From Escherichia coli (lineage in GTDB: Bacteria; Pseudomonadota; Gammaproteobacteria; Enterobacterales; Enterobacteriaceae), in NCBI RefSeq assembly GCF_003334385.1, contig NZ_QOWN01000023.1: DNA of 64,000 bases. One strand, written 5' to 3'. Made by a program: the position numbers and the translations under genes. Positions 20,841 through 34,839 of this stretch are shown here, in pieces. The stretch's first letter is position 1, and every line of letters begins with the position of its first letter. The notes under the pieces are model-generated. The model did not search any database and was not told the origin of the DNA. It saw only the letters and a list, made by a program, of their open reading frames with translations.

Positions 20841-21272
20841 ATGGCTATTGAACGTACTTTTTCCATCATCAAACCGAACGCGGTAGCAAAAAACGTCATT
20901 GGTAATATCTTTGCGCGCTTTGAAGCTGCAGGGTTCAAAATTGTTGGCACCAAAATGCTGCACCTGACCGTTGAACAGGCACGTGGCTTTTATGCTGAAC
21001 ACGATGGAAAACCGTTCTTTGATGGTCTGGTTGAATTCATGACCTCTGGCCCGATCGTGGTTTCCGTGCTGGAAGGTGAAAACGCCGTTCAGCGTCACCG
21101 CGATCTGCTGGGCGCGACCAATCCGGCAAACGCACTGGCTGGTACTCTGCGCGCTGATTACGCTGACAGCCTGACCGAAAACGGTACCCACGGTTCTGAT
21201 TCCGTCGAATCTGCCGCTCGCGAAATCGCTTATTTCTTTGGCGAAGGCGAAGTGTGCCCGCGCACCCGTTAA
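20841..21272 (+). CDS. ndk: Nucleoside diphosphate kinase
   Basis: 143 aa; active-site His in NGTHGSDS. Confidence 0.97.
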
Positions 21273-21334
21273 TAATTTCGTAAATGCCGCGTGCAAACGT
21301 GGCATCCGTGCGCCAGAATTTGTACAATGCAGCG

Positions 21335-21376
21335 CCCCCGGACGAGCAGCCGCTCACCGGGGCGTTTCTTTTTTCA
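21335..21376 (+). terminator. Intrinsic terminator downstream of ndk
   Basis: CCCCCGG ... CCGGGG stem followed by CGTTTCTTTTTTC. Confidence 0.6.
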
Positions 21377-21421
21377 ACCCTCCAGGGGCCATAACGTGTA
21401 ATAACGAGGCCGGAATAGCAT

Positions 21422-22576
21422 ATGTCTGAACAATTAGTCACACCTGAAAACGTCACCACGAAAGATGGAAAAATCAACCTGCTGGATCTCAACCGTCAGC
21501 AGATGCGGGAGTTTTTTAAAGATTTAGGTGAAAAACCCTTCCGCGCCGATCAGGTGATGAAGTGGATGTATCACTATTGCTGCGACAACTTTGATGAGAT
21601 GACCGACATCAACAAAGTGTTGCGCGGCAAACTGAAAGAGGTGGCGGAAATCCGCGCACCGGAAGTGGTTGAAGAACAGCGTTCATCTGACGGCACCATT
21701 AAATGGGCGATCGCCGTTGGCGATCAGCGCGTCGAAACGGTGTATATCCCGGAAGACGACCGTGCCACGCTCTGCGTCTCTTCGCAGGTGGGGTGTGCGC
21801 TGGAGTGTAAATTCTGTTCCACCGCCCAGCAGGGCTTTAACCGCAACCTGCGGGTGTCGGAAATTATCGGCCAGGTGTGGCGTGCGGCGAAAATCGTCGG
21901 CGCAGCAAAAGTCACCGGTCAGCGTCCGATCACTAACGTAGTGATGATGGGCATGGGCGAGCCGCTGCTCAACCTGAACAACGTCGTTCCGGCGATGGAA
22001 ATCATGCTTGATGATTTCGGTTTTGGCCTGTCTAAACGTCGCGTCACGCTTTCCACTTCCGGTGTAGTTCCGGCGCTGGATAAACTGGGCGATATGATCG
22101 ACGTTGCACTGGCAATTTCCCTGCACGCGCCGAACGACGAAATTCGTGACGAAATTGTGCCGATCAACAAAAAGTACAATATCGAAACGTTCCTTGCTGC
22201 GGTGCGCCGTTATCTGGAGAAATCCAACGCCAATCAGGGCCGAGTCACTATTGAATACGTGATGCTTGACCACGTTAACGACGGCACTGAACACGCGCAC
22301 CAACTGGCGGAACTGCTGAAAGATACGCCGTGTAAGATCAACCTGATCCCGTGGAACCCGTTCCCGGGTGCGCCGTATGGACGCAGCTCGAACAGCCGTA
22401 TCGACCGTTTCTCAAAAGTGCTGATGAGCTACGGTTTCACCACTATTGTGCGTAAAACTCGTGGTGATGATATCGATGCTGCCTGTGGTCAGTTGGCGGG
22501 CGATGTTATCGACCGTACGAAACGTACCCTGCGTAAACGGATGCAGGGTGAAGCCATCGACATTAAAGCGGTCTGA
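21422..22576 (+). CDS. rlmN: Dual-specificity RNA methyltransferase RlmN (radical SAM)
   Basis: 384 aa; radical-SAM CxxxCxxC motif CALECKFC. Confidence 0.95.
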
Positions 22577-22580
22577 TAGC

Positions 22581-22624
22581 CATTACGCCACGGTTACTTT
22601 ATGTACCGTGGCGTAATGTTTTAT
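22581..22624 (+). terminator. Intrinsic terminator downstream of rlmN
   Basis: 13-bp stem CATTACGCCACGG / CCGTGGCGTAATG followed by TTTTAT. Confidence 0.6.
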
Positions 22625-22860
22625 GAATGAAGTATTAAGTTGCAATTGTCTGGTCAATATTAACGGTGCGTTTTTGCTGACTTTAAGGCAGTATGTAACG
22701 ATGCAACAGTAAGTTAGCCTTAGTGAATGTGGGCTTTGTCACGAGCACACAGACGGTCTTATACTGTATGATAACGGTTAACTTAACGGATGTTTCGCGG
22801 TGTGGGTGAGCATGATGGTTCACCGGCATCTCAATTCTCATTTAAACGTACCTGCAGCGA

Positions 22861-23874
22861 ATGAATACTGAAGCCACGCACGACCAAAATGAAGCACTTA
22901 CTACCGGCGCTCGCCTGCGTAATGCTCGCGAACAACTAGGACTTAGTCAGCAGGCCGTTGCCGAGCGACTTTGCCTGAAGGTTTCCACGGTACGCGACAT
23001 TGAAGAAGATAAGGCACCCGCCGATCTTGCTTCAACATTCCTGCGCGGATATATCCGCTCTTATGCGCGTCTGGTACATATTCCAGAAGAAGAACTGCTG
23101 CCAGGGCTGGAAAAGCAGGCTCCACTTCGGGCTGCAAAAGTTGCGCCGATGCAGAGTTTTTCCCTCGGTAAACGCCGCAAAAAACGCGACGGCTGGCTGA
23201 TGACCTTCACTTGGCTGGTGTTGTTTGTGGTTATCGGCCTGAGCGGTGCCTGGTGGTGGCAAGACCACAAAGCTCAGCAGGAAGAGATCACCACTATGGC
23301 CGATCAATCTTCGGCGGAACTGAGCAGTAATAGCGAGCAGGGGCAGAGTGTTCCATTAAATACGTCGACAACTACAGACCCGGCTACAACGTCCACGCCG
23401 CCAGCGTCTGTGGATACTACCGCAACCAACACGCAAACACCTGCCGTAACTGCGCCAGCACCAGCTGTTGATCCGCAACAGAATGCGGTTGTTTCGCCTT
23501 CGCAGGCAAATGTTGATACCGCCGCGACCCCGGCACCAACGGCAGCAACAACGCCAGATGGTGCTGCGCCGTTGCCAACCGATCAGGCTGGCGTGACCAC
23601 GCCGGTGGCTGATCCGAATGCGCTGGTGATGAACTTTACTGCCGATTGCTGGCTGGAGGTCACTGATGCTACCGGTAAAAAATTGTTTAGCGGTATGCAG
23701 CGTAAAGACGGTAATTTGAACTTAACCGGCCAGGCACCGTACAAACTGAAAATTGGTGCGCCAGCCGCAGTACAGATCCAGTATCAAGGGAAACCTGTCG
23801 ATCTGAGTCGTTTTATCAGAACTAACCAGGTTGCGCGTCTGACCCTCAATGCCGAACAATCACCGGCGCAGTAA
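22861..23874 (+). CDS. rodZ: Cytoskeleton protein RodZ (HTH, single TM, Pro/Thr/Ala-rich periplasmic linker)
   Basis: 337 aa; N-terminal HTH; TM segment [22 protein letters not shown]; low-complexity linker. Confidence 0.93.
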   Translation: MNTEATHDQNEALTTGARLRNAREQLGLSQQAVAERLCLKVSTVRDIEEDKAPADLASTFLRGYIRSYARLVHIPEEELLPGLEKQAPLRAAKVAPMQSFSLGKRRKKRDGWLMTFTWLVLFVVIGLSGAWWWQDHKAQQEEITTMADQSSAELSSNSEQGQSVPLNTSTTTDPATTSTPPASVDTTATNTQTPAVTAPAPAVDPQQNAVVSPSQANVDTAATPAPTAATTPDGAAPLPTDQAGVTTPVADPNALVMNFTADCWLEVTDATGKKLFSGMQRKDGNLNLTGQAPYKLKIGAPAAVQIQYQGKPVDLSRFIRTNQVARLTLNAEQSPAQ

Positions 23875-23900
23875 CAGACGGGTAACGCGGGAGATTTTTC

Positions 23901-25019
23901 ATGCATAACCAGGCTCCAATTCAACGTAGAAAATCAACACGTATTTACGTTGGGAATGTGCCGATTGGCGATGGTGCTCCCATCGCCGTACAGTCCATGA
24001 CCAATACGCGTACGACAGACGTCGAAGCAACGGTCAATCAAATCAAGGCGCTGGAACGCGTTGGCGCTGATATCGTCCGTGTATCCGTACCGACGATGGA
24101 CGCGGCAGAAGCGTTCAAACTCATCAAACAGCAGGTTAACGTGCCGCTGGTGGCTGACATCCACTTCGACTATCGCATTGCGCTGAAAGTAGCGGAATAC
24201 GGCGTCGATTGTCTGCGTATTAACCCTGGCAATATCGGTAATGAAGAGCGTATTCGCATGGTGGTTGACTGTGCGCGCGATAAAAACATTCCGATCCGTA
24301 TTGGCGTTAACGCCGGATCGCTGGAAAAAGATCTGCAAGAAAAGTATGGCGAACCGACGCCGCAGGCGTTGCTGGAATCTGCCATGCGTCATGTTGATCA
24401 TCTCGATCGCCTGAACTTCGATCAGTTCAAAGTCAGCGTGAAAGCGTCTGACGTCTTCCTCGCTGTTGAGTCTTATCGTTTGCTGGCAAAACAGATCGAT
24501 CAGCCGTTGCATCTGGGGATCACCGAAGCCGGTGGTGCGCGCAGCGGGGCAGTAAAATCCGCCATTGGTTTAGGTCTGCTGCTGTCTGAAGGCATCGGCG
24601 ACACGCTGCGCGTATCGCTGGCGGCCGATCCGGTCGAAGAGATCAAAGTCGGTTTCGATATTTTGAAATCGCTGCGTATCCGTTCGCGAGGGATCAACTT
24701 CATCGCCTGCCCGACCTGTTCGCGTCAGGAATTTGATGTTATCGGTACGGTTAACGCGCTGGAGCAACGCCTGGAAGATATCATCACTCCGATGGACGTT
24801 TCGATTATCGGCTGCGTGGTGAATGGCCCAGGTGAGGCGCTGGTTTCTACACTCGGCGTCACCGGCGGCAACAAGAAAAGCGGCCTCTATGAAGATGGCG
24901 TGCGCAAAGACCGTCTGGACAACAACGATATGATCGACCAGCTGGAAGCACGCATTCGTGCGAAAGCCAGTCAGCTGGACGAAGCGCGTCGAATTGACGT
25001 TCAGCAGGTTGAAAAATAA
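23901..25019 (+). CDS. ispG: 4-hydroxy-3-methylbut-2-en-1-yl diphosphate synthase IspG (GcpE)
   Basis: 372 aa; conserved position between rodZ and hisS; C-terminal Cys ligands ([16 protein letters not shown]). Confidence 0.95.
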
Positions 25020-25129
25020 TAACGTGATGGGAAGCGCCTCGCTTCCCGTGTATGATTGAACCCGCATGGCTCCCGAAACATTGAGGGAAGCGTTGAGGGT
25101 TCATTTTTATATTCAGAAAGAGAATAAAC

Positions 25130-26404
25130 GTGGCAAAAAACATTCAAGCCATTCGCGGCATGAACGATTACCTGCCTGGCGAAACGGCCATCTGGCAGCG
25201 CATTGAAGGCACACTGAAAAACGTGCTCGGCAGCTACGGTTACAGTGAAATCCGCTTGCCGATTGTAGAGCAGACCCCGCTATTCAAACGTGCGATTGGT
25301 GAAGTCACCGACGTGGTTGAAAAAGAGATGTACACCTTTGAGGATCGCAATGGCGACAGCCTGACTCTGCGCCCTGAAGGGACGGCGGGCTGTGTACGCG
25401 CCGGCATCGAGCATGGTCTTCTGTACAATCAGGAACAGCGTCTGTGGTATATCGGGCCGATGTTCCGTCACGAGCGTCCGCAGAAAGGGCGTTATCGTCA
25501 GTTCCATCAGTTGGGCTGCGAAGTTTTCGGTCTGCAAGGTCCGGATATCGACGCTGAACTGATTATGCTCACTGCCCGCTGGTGGCGCGCGCTGGGTATT
25601 TCCGAGCACGTAACTCTTGAGCTGAACTCTATCGGTTCGCTGGAAGCACGCGCCAATTACCGCGATGCGCTGGTGGCATTCCTTGAGCAGCATAAAGAAA
25701 AGCTGGACGAAGACTGCAAACGCCGCATGTACACTAACCCGCTGCGCGTGCTGGATTCAAAAAATCCGGAAGTGCAGGCGCTTCTCAACGACGCTCCGGC
25801 ATTAGGTGACTATCTGGACGAGGAATCTCGTGAGCATTTTGCCGGTCTGTGCAAACTGCTGGAGAGCGCGGGGATCGCTTACACCGTAAACCAGCGTCTG
25901 GTGCGTGGTCTGGATTACTACAACCGTACCGTTTTCGAGTGGGTGACTAACAGTCTCGGCTCCCAGGGCACCGTGTGTGCAGGCGGTCGTTATGACGGTC
26001 TTGTGGAACAACTGGGCGGTCGTGCAACACCGGCTGTCGGTTTTGCGATGGGCCTCGAACGTCTTGTATTGTTAGTACAGGCCGTTAATCCGGAATTTAA
26101 AGCCGATCCTGTTGTCGATATATACCTGGTGGCTTCAGGTGCTGATACACAATCTGCGGCTATGGCATTAGCTGAGCGTCTGCGTGATGAATTACCGGGC
26201 GTGAAATTGATGACCAACCACGGCGGCGGCAACTTTAAGAAACAGTTTGCCCGTGCTGATAAATGGGGTGCCCGCGTTGCTGTGGTGCTGGGTGAGTCTG
26301 AAGTGGCTAACGGCACAGCAGTAGTGAAGGATTTGCGCTCTGGTGAGCAAACGGCAGTTGCGCAGGATAGCGTAGCCGCGCATTTGCGCACGTTACTGGG
26401 TTAA
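25130..26404 (+). CDS. hisS: Histidine--tRNA ligase
   Basis: 424 aa; GTG start; class II aaRS motifs. Confidence 0.95.
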
Positions 26405-26421
26405 GGAAGGAGAAGGACAGC

Positions 26422-27042
26422 GTGGAAATTTACGAGAACGAAAACGACCAGGTAGAAGCGGTTAAACGCTTTTTTGCTGAAAATGGCAAAGCACTGGCTG
26501 TTGGGGTGATTTTGGGCGTTGGCGCACTGATTGGCTGGCGCTACTGGAACAGCCATCAGGTTGATTCTGCACGCTCCGCTTCTCTTGCCTATCAAAATGC
26601 GGTTACCGCAGTGAGCGAAGGCAAACCGGATAGCATCCCGGCGGCGGAAAAATTTGCTGCTGAAAATAAAAATACTTATGGTGCGCTGGCTTCTTTGGAA
26701 CTTGCGCAGCAATTTGTTGACAAAAATGAACTAGAGAAAGCTGCCGCCCAGTTACAACAGGGGCTGGCAGACACGAGCGATGAAAATCTCAAAGCCGTGA
26801 TAAATCTGCGTCTTGCTCGCGTTCAGGTACAGCTCAAGCAGGCTGATGCCGCGCTGAAAACCCTTGATACCATCAAAGGTGAAGGGTGGGCTGCCATTGT
26901 TGCCGACCTGCGTGGTGAAGCATTGCTGAGCAAAGGTGATAAGCAAGGTGCGCGTAGTGCATGGGAAGCAGGCGTGAAAAGCGATGTTACTCCGGCACTG
27001 AGCGAAATGATGCAGATGAAAATTAATAATTTGTCCATCTGA
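26422..27042 (+). CDS. yfgM: Membrane-anchored TPR protein YfgM (SecYEG/PpiD-associated)
   Basis: 206 aa; GTG start; N-terminal TM then TPR-like helices. Confidence 0.9.
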   Translation: MEIYENENDQVEAVKRFFAENGKALAVGVILGVGALIGWRYWNSHQVDSARSASLAYQNAVTAVSEGKPDSIPAAEKFAAENKNTYGALASLELAQQFVDKNELEKAAAQLQQGLADTSDENLKAVINLRLARVQVQLKQADAALKTLDTIKGEGWAAIVADLRGEALLSKGDKQGARSAWEAGVKSDVTPALSEMMQMKINNLSI

Positions 27043-27052
27043 GAGGGACCCG

Positions 27053-28231
27053 ATGCAATTGCGTAAATTACTGCTGCCAGGACTGCTTTCCGTTACCCTT
27101 TTAAGCGGCTGTTCGCTGTTTAACAGCGAAGAAGATGTGGTAAAGATGTCCCCATTGCCAACCGTTGAAAACCAGTTTACGCCGACCACGGCGTGGAGCA
27201 CTTCCGTTGGTAGCGGCATTGGCAACTTCTATTCCAATCTTCATCCGGCACTGGCGGACAACGTTGTCTATGCAGCGGACCGCGCTGGTTTAGTAAAAGC
27301 GCTGAATGCGGATGATGGCAAAGAAATCTGGTCTGTCAGCCTGGCCGAGAAAGATGGCTGGTTCTCTAAAGAGCCTGCATTACTTTCTGGCGGTGTGACC
27401 GTGTCTGGTGGGCATGTCTACATTGGCAGCGAAAAGGCGCAGGTTTACGCGCTGAATACCAGCGATGGTACTGTGGCATGGCAAACTAAAGTCGCGGGTG
27501 AAGCACTTTCGCGCCCGGTGGTCAGCGACGGTCTGGTGTTAATCCACACCAGTAACGGTCAGTTACAAGCGCTGAACGAAGCTGACGGCGCTGTCAAATG
27601 GACAGTTAACCTCGATATGCCTTCGCTCTCTTTGCGTGGCGAGTCTGCGCCGGCAACGGCTTTTGGTGCGGCCGTCGTGGGGGGCGATAATGGTCGCGTC
27701 AGCGCAGTGCTGATGGAACAGGGCCAGATGATTTGGCAGCAGCGTATTTCCCAGGCGACCGGTTCTACCGAAATTGACCGTCTGAGCGATGTTGACACGA
27801 CTCCCGTCGTTGTTAACGGCGTTGTTTTCGCGCTGGCCTATAATGGTAACCTGACGGCGCTTGATCTGCGCAGTGGTCAGATTATGTGGAAACGCGAACT
27901 GGGTTCGGTGAATGATTTCATCGTCGACGGCAATCGCATCTATCTGGTCGATCAAAATGACCGGGTGATGGCGTTGACCATTGATGGCGGCGTTACGCTG
28001 TGGACACAAAGCGATCTGCTGCATCGCCTGCTGACTTCTCCGGTGCTGTATAATGGCAACCTGGTGGTCGGTGACAGTGAAGGTTATCTGCACTGGATTA
28101 ACGTCGAAGATGGTCGTTTCGTTGCCCAGCAAAAAGTTGATAGTTCCGGTTTCCAGACTGAACCGGTTGCCGCTGACGGCAAACTGCTGATCCAGGCAAA
28201 AGACGGAACCGTGTACTCTATTACACGTTAA
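27053..28231 (+). CDS. bamB: Outer-membrane protein assembly factor BamB (PQQ-like beta-propeller lipoprotein)
   Basis: 392 aa; lipobox LSGC; repeated beta-propeller blades. Confidence 0.95.
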   Translation: MQLRKLLLPGLLSVTLLSGCSLFNSEEDVVKMSPLPTVENQFTPTTAWSTSVGSGIGNFYSNLHPALADNVVYAADRAGLVKALNADDGKEIWSVSLAEKDGWFSKEPALLSGGVTVSGGHVYIGSEKAQVYALNTSDGTVAWQTKVAGEALSRPVVSDGLVLIHTSNGQLQALNEADGAVKWTVNLDMPSLSLRGESAPATAFGAAVVGGDNGRVSAVLMEQGQMIWQQRISQATGSTEIDRLSDVDTTPVVVNGVVFALAYNGNLTALDLRSGQIMWKRELGSVNDFIVDGNRIYLVDQNDRVMALTIDGGVTLWTQSDLLHRLLTSPVLYNGNLVVGDSEGYLHWINVEDGRFVAQQKVDSSGFQTEPVAADGKLLIQAKDGTVYSITR

Positions 28232-28252
28232 TCGTCTCTGTCGTTCACTTTG

Positions 28253-28289
28253 AAAACGGCTCCTGGACAGGGGCCGTTTTCCTGTTTTT
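28253..28289 (+). terminator. Intrinsic terminator downstream of bamB
   Basis: AAAACGGCTCCTG ... CAGGGGCCGTTTT followed by CCTGTTTTT. Confidence 0.6.
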
Positions 28290-28348
28290 AACAACGACGC
28301 GAATATAGCGTGCGTTGTCTGATGATTTATAAAAATGAGGCTTTAAAC

Positions 28349-29821
28349 ATGGTACCTGTGGTCGCGCTTGTCGGGCGCCCTAACGTAGGAAAATCCACGT
28401 TATTTAACCGTCTAACTCGCACCCGAGATGCGCTGGTTGCGGATTTCCCGGGTCTGACTCGTGACCGTAAGTACGGTCGTGCGGAAATTGAAGGCCGTGA
28501 GTTTATCTGTATTGATACCGGCGGGATTGATGGCACAGAAGACGGTGTAGAAACCCGCATGGCGGAACAGTCGCTGCTGGCGATTGAAGAAGCGGACGTC
28601 GTACTGTTTATGGTGGATGCGCGCGCGGGCCTGATGCCGGCAGATGAAGCGATTGCCAAACATCTGCGCTCCCGTGAAAAACCGACCTTCCTGGTGGCAA
28701 ACAAAACTGACGGTCTGGATCCCGATCAGGCAGTGGTTGATTTCTACTCGCTTGGTTTAGGTGAAATCTACCCGATCGCCGCGTCTCACGGTCGTGGCGT
28801 ATTAAGTCTGCTGGAGCATGTGCTGCTGCCGTGGATGGAAGATCTCGCACCGCAAGAGGAAGTCGACGAAGACGCTGAATACTGGGCGCAATTTGAAGCG
28901 GAAGAGAACGGCGAAGAAGAAGAGGAAGACGACTTCGACCCGCAAAGTCTGCCGATCAAACTGGCGATTGTGGGTCGTCCGAACGTAGGTAAGTCTACAC
29001 TCACTAACCGTATTCTTGGTGAAGAGCGCGTTGTTGTTTACGACATGCCTGGCACGACGCGTGACAGCATCTACATCCCAATGGAACGCGATGGACGTGA
29101 GTATGTGCTCATTGACACCGCTGGCGTACGTAAACGCGGCAAAATCACCGATGCTGTAGAGAAATTCTCCGTAATCAAAACGTTGCAGGCCATTGAAGAC
29201 GCCAACGTGGTGATGTTAGTGATTGATGCGCGCGAAGGTATTTCCGATCAGGATCTCTCGCTGCTGGGCTTTATTCTCAATAGTGGGCGCTCACTTGTCA
29301 TTGTGGTGAATAAGTGGGATGGCCTGAGTCAGGAAGTGAAAGAGCAGGTGAAAGAAACGCTGGACTTCCGTCTGGGCTTTATCGATTTTGCTCGTGTGCA
29401 CTTTATCTCTGCCTTGCACGGCAGTGGTGTTGGTAACTTGTTTGAATCAGTACGTGAAGCGTATGACAGCTCCACCCGTCGTGTGGGGACCTCTATGCTG
29501 ACGCGCATCATGACGATGGCTGTTGAAGATCACCAACCGCCGCTGGTACGCGGTCGTCGTGTGAAGCTGAAATATGCCCACGCCGGTGGTTATAACCCGC
29601 CGATTGTGGTGATTCACGGTAATCAGGTGAAAGACCTGCCTGATTCCTACAAGCGCTACTTGATGAACTACTTCCGCAAATCGCTGGACGTAATGGGATC
29701 GCCGATTCGTATTCAGTTCAAAGAAGGGGAAAACCCGTATGCGAATAAGCGTAACACCCTGACGCCAACCCAGATGCGTAAACGTAAGCGTCTGATGAAG
29801 CACATCAAGAAAAATAAATAA
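28349..29821 (+). CDS. der: Ribosome-assembly GTPase Der (EngA), tandem G-domains
   Basis: ORF 28310..29821; start at ATG 28349 for 490 aa; two GRPNVGKS P-loops; acidic inter-domain linker. Confidence 0.95.
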
Positions 29822-29890
29822 TTATCCGTAAGTATTTTATCTGCCATTCCCTCTATGAATGTAGAGGGAATGGCTACCGGAGGAATTCAT

Positions 29891-31503
<1,613 letters not shown>

Positions 31504-31559
31504 TTATTCAGTCGATAGTAACCCGCCCTTCGGGGATAGCAAGCATTTTTTGCAAAAAG

Positions 31560-31600
31560 GGGTAGATGCAATCGGTTACGCTCTGTATAATGCCGCGGCA
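31560..31600 (+). promoter_or_regulatory. guaBA promoter core (perfect TATAAT at 31586..31591, GC-rich discriminator GCCGCGG)
   Basis: Sequence read; matches remembered growth-rate-regulated guaB promoter architecture; -35 is weak. Confidence 0.5.
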
Positions 31601-31634
31601 ATATTTATTAACCACTCTGGTCGAGATATTGCCC

Positions 31635-33101
31635 ATGCTACGTATCGCTAAAGAAGCTCTGACGTTTGACGACGTTCTCCTCGTTCCTGCTCACTCTACC
31701 GTTCTGCCGAATACTGCTGACCTCAGCACCCAGCTGACGAAAACTATTCGTCTGAATATCCCTATGCTTTCCGCAGCAATGGATACCGTAACGGAAGCGC
31801 GCCTGGCTATTGCTCTGGCTCAGGAAGGCGGTATCGGCTTTATCCACAAAAACATGTCCATTGAACGCCAGGCAGAAGAAGTTCGCCGTGTGAAAAAACA
31901 CGAATCTGGTGTGGTGACTGATCCGCAGACTGTTCTGCCAACCACGACGCTGCGCGAAGTGAAAGAACTGACCGAGCGTAACGGTTTTGCGGGCTATCCG
32001 GTCGTTACCGAAGAAAACGAACTGGTGGGTATTATCACCGGTCGTGACGTGCGTTTTGTTACCGACCTGAACCAGCCGGTTAGCGTTTACATGACGCCGA
32101 AAGAGCGTCTGGTCACCGTGCGTGAAGGTGAAGCCCGTGAAGTGGTGCTGGCAAAAATGCACGAAAAACGCGTTGAAAAAGCGCTGGTGGTTGATGACGA
32201 ATTCCACCTGATCGGCATGATCACCGTGAAAGACTTCCAGAAAGCGGAACGTAAACCGAACGCCTGTAAAGACGAGCAAGGCCGTCTGCGTGTTGGTGCA
32301 GCGGTTGGCGCAGGTGCGGGTAACGAAGAGCGTGTTGACGCGCTGGTTGCCGCAGGCGTTGACGTTCTGCTGATCGACTCCTCCCACGGTCACTCAGAAG
32401 GTGTACTGCAACGTATCCGTGAAACCCGTGCTAAATATCCGGATCTGCAAATTATCGGCGGCAACGTGGCAACAGCTGCAGGTGCACGCGCTCTGGCAGA
32501 AGCTGGTTGCAGTGCGGTTAAAGTCGGCATTGGCCCTGGCTCTATCTGTACAACTCGTATCGTGACTGGCGTCGGTGTTCCGCAGATTACCGCTGTTGCT
32601 GACGCAGTAGAAGCCCTGGAAGGCACCGGTATTCCGGTTATCGCTGATGGCGGTATTCGCTTCTCCGGCGACATCGCCAAAGCTATCGCCGCTGGCGCAA
32701 GCGCGGTGATGGTAGGTTCCATGCTGGCGGGTACTGAAGAATCTCCGGGTGAAATCGAACTCTACCAGGGCCGTTCTTACAAATCTTACCGTGGTATGGG
32801 TTCCCTGGGCGCGATGTCCAAAGGTTCCTCTGACCGTTATTTCCAGAGCGATAACGCTGCCGACAAACTGGTGCCGGAAGGTATCGAAGGTCGCGTAGCC
32901 TATAAAGGTCGCCTGAAAGAGATCATTCACCAGCAGATGGGCGGCCTGCGCTCCTGTATGGGTCTGACCGGCTGTGGTACTATCGACGAACTGCGTACTA
33001 AAGCGGAGTTTGTACGTATCAGCGGTGCGGGCATTCAGGAAAGCCACGTTCACGACGTGACCATTACTAAAGAGTCCCCGAACTACCGTCTGGGCTCCTG
33101 A
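31635..33101 (+). CDS. guaB: IMP dehydrogenase
   Basis: ORF 31566..33101; start at ATG 31635 ([14 protein letters not shown]) for 488 aa; catalytic loop [11 protein letters not shown]; CBS pair. Confidence 0.97.
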
Positions 33102-33169
33102 TTCTCTTCGCCCGACTTCATGTCGGGCGATTTATATTATCTGTTTCACTTGCCTCGGAATAAGCGTCA

Positions 33170-34747
33170 ATGACGGAAAACATTCATAAGCATCGCATCC
33201 TCATTCTGGACTTCGGTTCTCAGTACACTCAACTGGTTGCGCGCCGCGTGCGTGAGCTGGGTGTTTACTGCGAACTGTGGGCGTGGGATGTGACAGAAGC
33301 ACAAATTCGTGACTTCAATCCAAGCGGCATTATTCTTTCCGGCGGCCCGGAAAGTACTACTGAAGAAAACAGTCCGCGTGCGCCGCAGTATGTCTTTGAA
33401 GCAGGCGTACCGGTATTCGGCGTTTGCTATGGCATGCAGACCATGGCAATGCAGTTGGGCGGTCACGTTGAAGCCTCTAACGAACGTGAATTTGGCTACG
33501 CGCAGGTTGAAGTCGTAAACGACAGCGCACTGGTTCGCGGTATCGAAGATGCGCTGACCGCAGACGGTAAACCGCTGCTCGATGTCTGGATGAGCCACGG
33601 CGATAAAGTTACCGCTATTCCGTCCGACTTCATCACCGTAGCCAGCACCGAAAGCTGCCCGTTTGCCATTATGGCTAACGAAGAAAAACGCTTCTATGGC
33701 GTACAGTTCCACCCGGAAGTGACTCACACCCGCCAGGGTATGCGCATGCTGGAGCGTTTTGTGTGTGATATCTGCCAGTGTGAAGCCCTGTGGACGCCAG
33801 CGAAAATTATCGACGATGCTGTAGCTCGCATCCGCGAGCAGGTAGGCGACGATAAAGTCATCCTCGGCCTCTCTGGTGGTGTGGATTCCTCCGTAACCGC
33901 AATGCTGCTGCACCGCGCTATCGGTAAAAACCTGACTTGCGTATTCGTCGACAACGGCCTGCTGCGCCTCAACGAAGCAGAGCAGGTTCTGGATATGTTT
34001 GGCGATCACTTTGGTCTTAACATTGTTCACGTACCGGCAGAAGATCGCTTCCTGTCAGCGCTGGCTGGCGAAAACGATCCGGAAGCAAAACGTAAAATCA
34101 TCGGTCGCGTTTTCGTTGAAGTATTCGATGAAGAAGCGCTGAAACTGGAAGACGTGAAGTGGCTGGCGCAGGGCACCATCTACCCTGACGTTATCGAATC
34201 TGCGGCGTCTGCAACCGGTAAAGCACACGTCATCAAATCTCACCACAACGTGGGCGGCCTGCCGAAAGAGATGAAGATGGGCCTGGTTGAACCGCTGAAA
34301 GAGCTGTTCAAAGACGAAGTGCGTAAGATTGGTCTGGAGCTGGGCCTGCCGTACGACATGCTGTACCGTCACCCGTTCCCGGGACCAGGCCTTGGCGTTC
34401 GTGTTCTGGGTGAAGTGAAGAAAGAGTACTGTGACCTGCTGCGCCGTGCTGACGCCATCTTCATTGAAGAACTGCGTAAAGCGGACCTGTACGACAAAGT
34501 CAGCCAGGCGTTCACTGTGTTCCTGCCGGTACGTTCCGTTGGCGTAATGGGCGATGGTCGTAAGTATGACTGGGTTGTCTCTCTGCGTGCTGTCGAAACC
34601 ATCGACTTTATGACCGCACACTGGGCGCATCTGCCGTACGATTTCCTCGGTCGCGTTTCCAACCGCATTATCAATGAAGTGAACGGTATTTCCCGCGTGG
34701 TGTATGACATCAGCGGCAAGCCGCCAGCTACCATTGAGTGGGAATGA
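33170..34747 (+). CDS. guaA: GMP synthase (glutamine-hydrolysing)
   Basis: 525 aa; GATase Cys motif GVCYGMQ; PP-loop SGGVDSS. Confidence 0.97.
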   Translation: MTENIHKHRILILDFGSQYTQLVARRVRELGVYCELWAWDVTEAQIRDFNPSGIILSGGPESTTEENSPRAPQYVFEAGVPVFGVCYGMQTMAMQLGGHVEASNEREFGYAQVEVVNDSALVRGIEDALTADGKPLLDVWMSHGDKVTAIPSDFITVASTESCPFAIMANEEKRFYGVQFHPEVTHTRQGMRMLERFVCDICQCEALWTPAKIIDDAVARIREQVGDDKVILGLSGGVDSSVTAMLLHRAIGKNLTCVFVDNGLLRLNEAEQVLDMFGDHFGLNIVHVPAEDRFLSALAGENDPEAKRKIIGRVFVEVFDEEALKLEDVKWLAQGTIYPDVIESAASATGKAHVIKSHHNVGGLPKEMKMGLVEPLKELFKDEVRKIGLELGLPYDMLYRHPFPGPGLGVRVLGEVKKEYCDLLRRADAIFIEELRKADLYDKVSQAFTVFLPVRSVGVMGDGRKYDWVVSLRAVETIDFMTAHWAHLPYDFLGRVSNRIINEVNGISRVVYDISGKPPATIEWE

Positions 34748-34771
34748 TTTGACCCTGCACTATGAATGAAC

Positions 34772-34802
34772 AAAACCCTCTGTTACTACAGAGGGTTTTT
34801 TA
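34772..34802. terminator. Bidirectional intrinsic terminator between guaA and yfgI
   Basis: AAAACCCTCTG-TTACTA-CAGAGGGTTTTTT. Confidence 0.75.
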
Positions 34803-34839
34803 TCTTCAAGAATTATAGGATTGAAGTTACTAACATCGA

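Noticed and set aside
22625-22860. CTGTATGATAAC in the rlmN-rodZ spacer, considered as a LexA box
   Set aside because: Only one CTGT half-site; there is no ACAG partner at the required spacing
29844-29873. 11-bp perfect hairpin (CATTCCCTCTA-TGAA-TAGAGGGAATG) between der and yfgJ
   Set aside because: No U-tract on either strand, so not called as a terminator; it may be an RNA processing or RBS-occluding structure for yfgJ, but I cannot support a specific function
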